64,000 nt of DNA, taken from Planctomycetota bacterium (GTDB lineage: Bacteria; Planctomycetota; UBA1135; UBA2386). Positions 58,328 through 64,000 of this stretch are shown here, piece after piece. Position numbers and translations under genes: made by a program. The stretch lies in the NCBI GenBank assembly GCA_965228735.1, contig OZ245838.1, positions 6,048,001 through 6,112,000 on the forward strand. Direction: 5' to 3'. The notes beneath the pieces were generated by a model. It saw nothing but the letters and a program-made list of their open reading frames with translations, had not been told where the DNA came from and did not search any database. Positions within the stretch are counted from its first letter, which is position 1. The number at the start of each line of letters is the position of its first letter.

Positions 58328-59161
58328 TCAGTTCTCAGCGGCCTGCGGTGCCGGTGACTTGGGTGCCCCGATGTAGCGTTCGAGGGCTGTCACCAGCTTC
58401 GCCAGGTATCGCGCCGCGACACTGCCCGGGAAGATCTCGCTGAAGGGAGTGCGCTTCAACACTGCGCCCTCAACGGAACTATCCTCCGGCAGCAGTCCGA
58501 GCCAGTTGAGGTCGAAGCTCAAAAAGCGATCGGTGCAGCCCTTCAGTTTGAGGAACACCTGCTCGGCTTCTTCTGGCGAACGGACGCGATTGACGACCGC
58601 ATGAATCGGGCGGTCGTACCCGTCTTGTACGATTACCTTGACGATGCCGTAGGCATCGGCAATGGAGGCGAAGTTGCTCGTCGTGACGAGGAGCGTGTGC
58701 TCCGCCATTGTGATGAAATCGGTCACCCCCTTCGACACACCGGCACCGGTGTCGAGCAGGATGATGTCGCAGAACGGCTGCAGCTCCTCGATCGCGACGC
58801 AGATCCGGGCGCGCCCGTTGTCGTCGAGGTTGGCCATTTCCTTCACGCCGCTGCCGCCGCTGATGAACTTCACCTGGCAGGGGCCGTCCTCGATGATCTC
58901 CGCGAGCTCAGCGTTGCCCTCGATGTAGTCCGACAGCGTGAGCTTGGGCTTGATGCCCGCGAGGATATGAGCGTTGGCGAGACCGAGGTCGGTGTCGACC
59001 ACGATCGTGCGGTGTCCGCGCCGCGACAGTTCGCAGGCGAGGTTGACCGACAGCGACGTCTTGCCGACGCCGCCCTTGCCGGACGTGATCGCGATGATCT
59101 TCGCGCCACCCGAGGTTTGCTCTCCCGGGGTTCGTTCTGGCGAATTCGATGGATCGGTCAT
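58328..59161 (-). CDS. MinD/FlhG (FleN)-like ATPase
   Basis: ITSGKGGVGKT, DTDLGLAN, ISGGSG, DTGAG, DAYGIVK, VVNRV. Confidence 0.9.
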   Translation of the reverse strand: MTDPSNSPERTPGEQTSGGAKIIAITSGKGGVGKTSLSVNLACELSRRGHRTIVVDTDLGLANAHILAGIKPKLTLSDYIEGNAELAEIIEDGPCQVKFISGGSGVKEMANLDDNGRARICVAIEELQPFCDIILLDTGAGVSKGVTDFITMAEHTLLVTTSNFASIADAYGIVKVIVQDGYDRPIHAVVNRVRSPEEAEQVFLKLKGCTDRFLSFDLNWLGLLPEDSSVEGAVLKRTPFSEIFPGSVAARYLAKLVTALERYIGAPKSPAPQAAEN

Positions 59162-59314
59162 GGGCTGATCTCGTTCTCGGTGGTGAACGTGGTGTTCCCC
59201 CAACTCGCTGCCCTCATCGGTCGGAATCGTCGATCGGCTTGCGTCCAATGCTGAGACAATGCGGGAGGCCACGCATGCGTTCCGGCCTTCCGACGGCCGA
59301 TCTCGCAACAAGCC

Positions 59315-59821
59315 ATGCGAAGTGCTCGAGGGAACAGGCGAAAAGGACCGGGCAAGGCGACGAAGTTGCCCGCCGTGCGGGTCGCGATGATTGCCGGCGT
59401 CGTGGGCATGCTCGGTGTCATGGTGGGAATCGCGGCGTACACGACGTGGCTGCTGCGGTCCGCCGGCGAGGGCGAGACGATCGATGTGTCGACACTCCTC
59501 GTGCCGTTTGCCGCGTTGTTCGTCGCCGGCAGCATGGTCGTCGTGGTCTTCCAGTCCCTGCATGTCGCGAATCGCGTCGCCGGGCCGGAACAGCGTCTCA
59601 AGCAGACGCTGCAACGCGTGCGCCGCGGCGACCTGTCCAACCGGATCCATCTGCGCCGCGGCGATCTCCTCGGGCCGCTCGCGCGCGAGTGCAACGAATT
59701 GCTCGACTGGCTCAATGCGAACCCGCCGGCGGGCACCGTCGGCGGCTCCGACGTCGTCCCGCTCGAGCCGGTCGAGGTCGGTGAGCCGAACGGTCGGGCG
59801 GCGGGGGAGGAGCGCCCATGA
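59315..59821 (+). CDS. Small two-TM HAMP-domain protein without output domain
   Basis: Two TM helices, then RVAGP..RL......V.RGDL..RI.LR.GD....LA...N. Confidence 0.75.
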   Translation: MRSARGNRRKGPGKATKLPAVRVAMIAGVVGMLGVMVGIAAYTTWLLRSAGEGETIDVSTLLVPFAALFVAGSMVVVVFQSLHVANRVAGPEQRLKQTLQRVRRGDLSNRIHLRRGDLLGPLARECNELLDWLNANPPAGTVGGSDVVPLEPVEVGEPNGRAAGEERP

Positions 59822-60117
59822 CGGGACGCGTGCGCCTCGGCAACGAACGCCGACTCGCGTTCGTCGTGCTCGCGGCCGGCGTGTTGGCGTCGTTCTGGAT
59901 GCAGCGCGAGGCGGCGGGTGTCGACGCGATCGTCGCCGCGCGGTCGCAGCAGCTCACCCACCTGCGCACGGTCTCGGATCCGCGGCGCACGCCGCACCGC
60001 GACGGTTGCACGGGTGACGCGCTGCGCGGCGTCTTCGCCGACTACCGGATCCGCTGGCTCGACACGCCGTTCGGCCCGACCCTCGGACTCGCGCAGGTGA
60101 CGGAGCCGCAGTCGTGA
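59818..60117 (+). CDS. Hypothetical protein with N-terminal TM helix
   Basis: ATGA/GTGA overlaps with both neighbours. Confidence 0.5.
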   Translation: MTGRVRLGNERRLAFVVLAAGVLASFWMQREAAGVDAIVAARSQQLTHLRTVSDPRRTPHRDGCTGDALRGVFADYRIRWLDTPFGPTLGLAQVTEPQS

Positions 60118-61253
60118 CGGGTGGATTCCAGGCGCGGTTCGAACGCCGGCAGCGCGCGTGGCGCTGGACCTGGCTGCTGGACTCGCCGCTCTGCATCGCG
60201 ACGTGGGTCACGATCACGCTCGGGGCCTGGTCGTTGCAGCGCGTCGGGGAGTCGCTCGGTCAGGCGGCCGCACTGCAGCGGGAGGTCGACGCCGAACTCG
60301 CGCGCCTCGCAGCGGACACCGTGCTCATGACGCACAGCGAGGCGGTCTGCGCTCGCGGTGGTGGCGTCGTGAATGCGAGCGTTGGCGAGATCGCGGTCGA
60401 AGCCCGCCGCGTCGGGGACGAGTTCGTGGTCGCGTGCACGTTGCCCGACGGTCGCGTTCACGAGTTCGTCGCGGACCTGCTGCCGGGTGCGGGTCCGGTC
60501 GAGCTCGGCGAGCCGCGGTCCGACGTGGTGCCCGAACTCGATCCGAACGAGATGCTGCGGGCAGCGCGGGCGGACGAGTTGCGGGCGTTCCGCCGCGACG
60601 GCGCGATCGCGCTGATGCACCTCGAGAGCGGCACCGGACTCTGTGACTTCGTGCTCGAGTCCGGCTGCATCTCGCGCTTCAAGACCGAACTCGTCGAGGT
60701 TTCCGGGCACCTCTGGGTCGAACCCGACCCCGAGCCGCTCGTCGTCAGCCTCGTGCGCGACACCACCGTCGTCGTGCGCGGCAACCTCTACCTCGGTCGC
60801 ACGCTGCGCGTCCGTGGTCCGGGTCGCCTCGTGTTCGTCGTCACCGGCAGCGACACCGCGACGCCGTTCGCCGACCGCGACGGCAACGGTCGCCGTTCCG
60901 CCGGGGAACGGTTGCGGGGCGGCGAGGTCGCGAGTGCGCCGGCCGTGCCGCCGGGTCCGATCGAAGGCGGCGGCAACGTCTACTTCGGCGTCACCGCGAC
61001 CGACGAGCCGCTCGAGTGCGACGCCTCGGTCCTGGCGGTCGGCTACGCGCACTGTCGCAGCCCCGAGATCGTCATCGCGGGCGGGCTCGCGACCGCCGCC
61101 GCCGCGGATCCCGTGTGGCTCCGGCCGCCCGGCCGCCTCGCCACGACGGGTGCCCGCCGCTTCCGCCCGACCCGCGAACGCGTCCCCGGCTTCGGCCCGA
61201 TCGGCGCGCCCCGCCCCGGCGTCCTGCGCCCCCGCGAGGCCTCGGATTCATAG
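60114..61253 (+). CDS. Hypothetical membrane-anchored beta-rich protein
   Basis: N-terminal TM helix; VRGNLYLG, DRDGNG (possible Ca-binding loop), GGGNVYFG. Confidence 0.6.
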   Translation: MTGGFQARFERRQRAWRWTWLLDSPLCIATWVTITLGAWSLQRVGESLGQAAALQREVDAELARLAADTVLMTHSEAVCARGGGVVNASVGEIAVEARRVGDEFVVACTLPDGRVHEFVADLLPGAGPVELGEPRSDVVPELDPNEMLRAARADELRAFRRDGAIALMHLESGTGLCDFVLESGCISRFKTELVEVSGHLWVEPDPEPLVVSLVRDTTVVVRGNLYLGRTLRVRGPGRLVFVVTGSDTATPFADRDGNGRRSAGERLRGGEVASAPAVPPGPIEGGGNVYFGVTATDEPLECDASVLAVGYAHCRSPEIVIAGGLATAAAADPVWLRPPGRLATTGARRFRPTRERVPGFGPIGAPRPGVLRPREASDS

Positions 61254-61263
61254 CAACGAGCCC

Positions 61264-61292
61264 TTTACCTGGGCGCGCCCGGTCGCTAACGT
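61264..61292 (+). promoter_or_regulatory. Putative sigma70 promoter of tRNA-Ala
   Basis: TTTACC-N17-TAACGT upstream of the tRNA. Confidence 0.5.
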
Positions 61293-61307
61293 TCCGCGCC
61301 CACATCC

Positions 61308-61383
61308 GGGGCCGTAGCTCAGTTGGTAGAGCGCTGCGTTCGCAATGCAGAGGTCAGGGGTTCAACTCCCCTCGGCTCCACCA
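61308..61383 (+). tRNA. tRNA-Ala (CGC)
   Basis: 76 nt, G3:U70 pair, anticodon loop TTCGCAA, GGTTCAACTCC T-arm, encoded CCA. Confidence 0.97.
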
Positions 61384-61426
61384 GTTTCCGGGAAGCCGAT
61401 TCCTCGGGAACGAACGTTCCGGGACG

Positions 61427-61996
61427 ATGACGAAGAAGGGGCCGCACCGTCCGGTTCGGACGCGATCCGCTGACTGGCGCGAGCTGGCGAACCCGTGGGC
61501 GCCGTTCGTGTTCGCGCGACTCGTTCCGCATGCCGAGCGGCAGTGCTATCCGCACGTTTGCTATGGCCAGATGCACGTCGACGCCCGGCGGGTCTTCCTC
61601 ATGCGCGGACGCCAGCGCCGGCTCGTCGACGAGCTCGCGGCCGCGGTCGGGCTGCCCGACGACATCGCCGGCAACATCCACGCGATGACGGACCATCTCG
61701 AGGACCTCTACTCCCATCATCCGGCTGCGGAGTTCGTGATCGTGCTGCGGAACGCGGACCTCGTGCAGGATCTCGACTACTGGATCGCGCTGTTCCATCG
61801 CGTTGGTGAGCGGTATGCCGAGTCGATCGACCAGGGCGCGCACTTCGATCGCCCGGCGATGCCGTTCCACGCGGTGCTCGAGTGCGAGTCCGAGGACGGG
61901 CTCGGTCGCGTCAACCGCGAGATCTGGCGCGAGACTGGCGAGTCGACGCCGGTGCCGCAGCTCGGTGCGAGTCCGTTCGTGGAACAGCGGCGGTAA
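61427..61996 (+). CDS. Divergent barstar-like protein
   Basis: L.DELAAA.GLPD...GN..AM.D.LEDL......FVIVL.NAD and DRPA.PFH.VL resemble barstar-family patterns. Confidence 0.55.
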   Translation: MTKKGPHRPVRTRSADWRELANPWAPFVFARLVPHAERQCYPHVCYGQMHVDARRVFLMRGRQRRLVDELAAAVGLPDDIAGNIHAMTDHLEDLYSHHPAAEFVIVLRNADLVQDLDYWIALFHRVGERYAESIDQGAHFDRPAMPFHAVLECESEDGLGRVNREIWRETGESTPVPQLGASPFVEQRR

Positions 61997-62042
61997 CGCC
62001 GCCAGCGCATCGACTATCGCCAGGTCGGAGTGTCAGACGCCG

Positions 62043-62157
62043 TGGCGATACCGAACCAGTTTCGAATCCGCCACGGTCGCAGCGACGCTGACCGCTGCGG
62101 ACGGCGGGTTGGCGCGGTCAGGCCGGTGGCGGAGTTGAAGCGGGTTCGGTACCGCCA
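62043..62157. repeat. 115-bp REPIN/MITE-like inverted-repeat element, copy 2
   Basis: 32-bp arms 62043-62074 and 62126-62157 similar to copy 1; same 51-bp spacer length. Confidence 0.85.
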
Positions 62158-63107
62158 TCATCGGCGCGGGTGAGCGCGTGCGCGATGCGGAGTTTGATCG
62201 CGACGGCGAGCCAGAGGTTGGCGCAGAGCAGCAGCGTTGCGAACAGCGGGCTGCGGCGGTCGCGGTGGAGCTCGATCACGGCGTCGAGCCAGTTGGAGTC
62301 GTACTCGTAGCCGCCGACCCAGAAGAACTGCACGCTGTAGCTCGTGCCGACCACCACCACGGCGCCGAGCAGCACGAGCTGGGCGAGGACCGGGAGGGCG
62401 AACGCGCGGCAGTGTCGGCGCGCGGTCGTGATCGCCGATGCGAGGGCGCGGCCGAACGGTTCGTCGCTGTGCAGGACGGCGAGTAGCAGGGTCGCGGAGG
62501 CGAGGTTCCAGGCGATCGTGAGGAGCGCGCCGAAGACCATGGCGACCATCATCGCGCGCGGGGCGCCGGCCGCGACGAGGGCGAGACCGGCGAGCAGCAG
62601 GAGGTTCACCCCGTGGCCGATCGCGAGCGCGCCGAGTCCGCGCCAGAACCGATCCCGCACGTCGGTGAGTCCGAGGGTCAGTGCGGTGTCGGCGTCTTCG
62701 CCGGCAGCGAGTCGCAGGATCGCGCGGCTCGTCCAGATCACGGCGATCGCGCTGAGCACGAGGCTGACGAGCAAGGTCAGCGACAGCTGCATCCCGAGGA
62801 TGCCGCAGCCGACGTCCGGTCCGGCATCGAGCAGCGGCAGCGCGTGGCCGCCCACGGCGAGCACCGTGTTCGCCCCGAGCAGCATGCCGATGGGCGCGAG
62901 CGCTGGCAGCGCGTGGCGCAGTGAACGGAGCCGCCCCTCGCGGAACAGCGCCGCGAGTCCGAGGGTCAGCAGCGTCAGGACGATCGCGGCCGAGATGACC
63001 GGCACGGACCGGCCGGTCATGGTCCAATCGGCGTCGGCGACCTCGGAGAAGAGGTGGAGCCCGACGCCGATGATGCCGCACACGGGCGCCCAGCGATTGG
63101 TCTGCAT
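62118..63107 (-). CDS. Hypothetical polytopic membrane protein
   Basis: About eight hydrophobic segments; start MQTNRW inferred. Confidence 0.7.
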   Translation of the reverse strand: MQTNRWAPVCGIIGVGLHLFSEVADADWTMTGRSVPVISAAIVLTLLTLGLAALFREGRLRSLRHALPALAPIGMLLGANTVLAVGGHALPLLDAGPDVGCGILGMQLSLTLLVSLVLSAIAVIWTSRAILRLAAGEDADTALTLGLTDVRDRFWRGLGALAIGHGVNLLLLAGLALVAAGAPRAMMVAMVFGALLTIAWNLASATLLLAVLHSDEPFGRALASAITTARRHCRAFALPVLAQLVLLGAVVVVGTSYSVQFFWVGGYEYDSNWLDAVIELHRDRRSPLFATLLLCANLWLAVAIKLRIAHALTRADDGGTEPASTPPPA

Positions 63108-63233
63108 CGTCGCTGAGCCTATCCGAACGAACGCCCGCAAGATTCTGACGGGATTCGTGGTCAACCGGTCCCGGTGGCGCCGCTCGGCCGACGGAGACTC
63201 GTGCGAGGTGCGCCCGGGGCGTAGCGTGACGTG

Positions 63234-64000
63234 ATGCCCGCACCCGTGATTCGCCGGCTCGCGACCGTCGCCGCTGGTCTCGTCACGCTCGGCGTCGCGG
63301 CTGCGCAGGACGGCTCGCCGAGCTGGTTCGAGGTCACGGAGTATCACGCGGTCCAGAACGAGGCGGTCCTGCCGCAGCTCGAGACTCCCCAGTCGACGCT
63401 CGAGTTCTTCTTCGACGCGATCGCCGCGCACGAGTACGAGCGGGCGGCGGCCGCGCTCAACCTGCGCCTGGTCGATGTCGCGGGCGCAGCGGCGGCAGCC
63501 GAGCTGGCGCGGCGGCTCGGCTACGTGATCAACCAGGAGGTCTGGGTCGACTGGGACGCGGTGCCGGATCGACCGGACGGGGTGCGCGAGCCGGGCCTGC
63601 TCGGGGGCGAGGCGGGGGCGGCCACGCAAGCGCGGCGCGGCTTGCGAATCGGCGACGTCGAGATCCAGGGGCGAATCGCCCCGATCAGTCTGCACCGCGT
63701 GAAGGCCGCGGGCCGCCCCGCCATCTGGCTGTTCTCCGCGCACACGGTCGACAACGTCGAACGCATGTGGGCCGTGCACGGGCCGAGTGCACTGGCGCGC
63801 GCGATGCCGGCGTGGGCGCAGGAACGCGGTTTGGGGCAGCTGCTGGTCTGGCAGTGGATCGGGCTCGGCGTCGTGCTCCTGCTGGCCCCGTTGCTCGGGT
63901 TCTTCGTCGCGGGGCGGGTCGTGCGCTTCATCGAGCGCCGGACCGGAGGCGAGTTCTCGGCGATCGTCGCGCGGCTGCGGTGGCCCATCGGTGGGGTCGT
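63234..64000 (+). CDS. N-terminal part of a probable large MscS-family mechanosensitive channel (partial)
   Basis: Open to window end; signal peptide, TPQSTLE.F, AA..LNL, LARRL..V, PDRPDG, WLFS..TV, WQWIGL typical of MscS periplasmic extensions; channel domain is beyond the window. Confidence 0.65.
   Translation, partial: MPAPVIRRLATVAAGLVTLGVAAAQDGSPSWFEVTEYHAVQNEAVLPQLETPQSTLEFFFDAIAAHEYERAAAALNLRLVDVAGAAAAAELARRLGYVINQEVWVDWDAVPDRPDGVREPGLLGGEAGAATQARRGLRIGDVEIQGRIAPISLHRVKAAGRPAIWLFSAHTVDNVERMWAVHGPSALARAMPAWAQERGLGQLLVWQWIGLGVVLLLAPLLGFFVAGRVVRFIERRTGGEFSAIVARLRWPIGGV

Noticed and set aside
44558..61383. Genomic island bounded by the two tRNAs
   Set aside because: The interval holds core genes (xseAB, lipB, trxA, apbC), with no integrase or att-like direct repeats.

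Overview
High-GC bacterial chromosomal window, most likely an uncultured Planctomycetota (inferred from the planctomycete-type RNA polymerase omega subunit, an ECF sigma factor with a long membrane-anchored extension, and the style of the secreted proteins). It holds about 55 CDS and two tRNAs (Leu-GAG, Ala-CGC). Most genes are housekeeping or envelope related: paired ABC exporters, rpoZ, rsfS, hppA, DedA, three GT4 glycosyltransferases, cobB, pip, aspartate aminotransferase, xseAB, lipB, trxA, Mrp/ApbC, HU and an MscS-like protein. No integrase, transposase, CRISPR array or rRNA was recognised. Best leads: (1) four unrelated signal-peptide proteins end in the same ~110-aa C-terminal domain, a candidate lineage-specific secretion or surface-sorting signal; (2) a 1167-aa giant prepilin and a partner pilin, the last 69 coding nt plus 11 downstream nt of the latter amplified 7 times with a non-native 24/25-bp linker; (3) a compact multi-stem RNA with an intrinsic terminator upstream of a SAMHD1-like HD hydrolase; (4) two 115-bp REPIN-like elements with 32-bp arms; (5) unusual nuclease fusions (HARP-like domain on XseA; YhaM-like OB fold on a DEDD exonuclease); (6) repeated tandem duplication of gene 3' ends. 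All family calls come from motif recognition by eye; no database searches were run, and several start codons are my own picks within the supplied ORFs.
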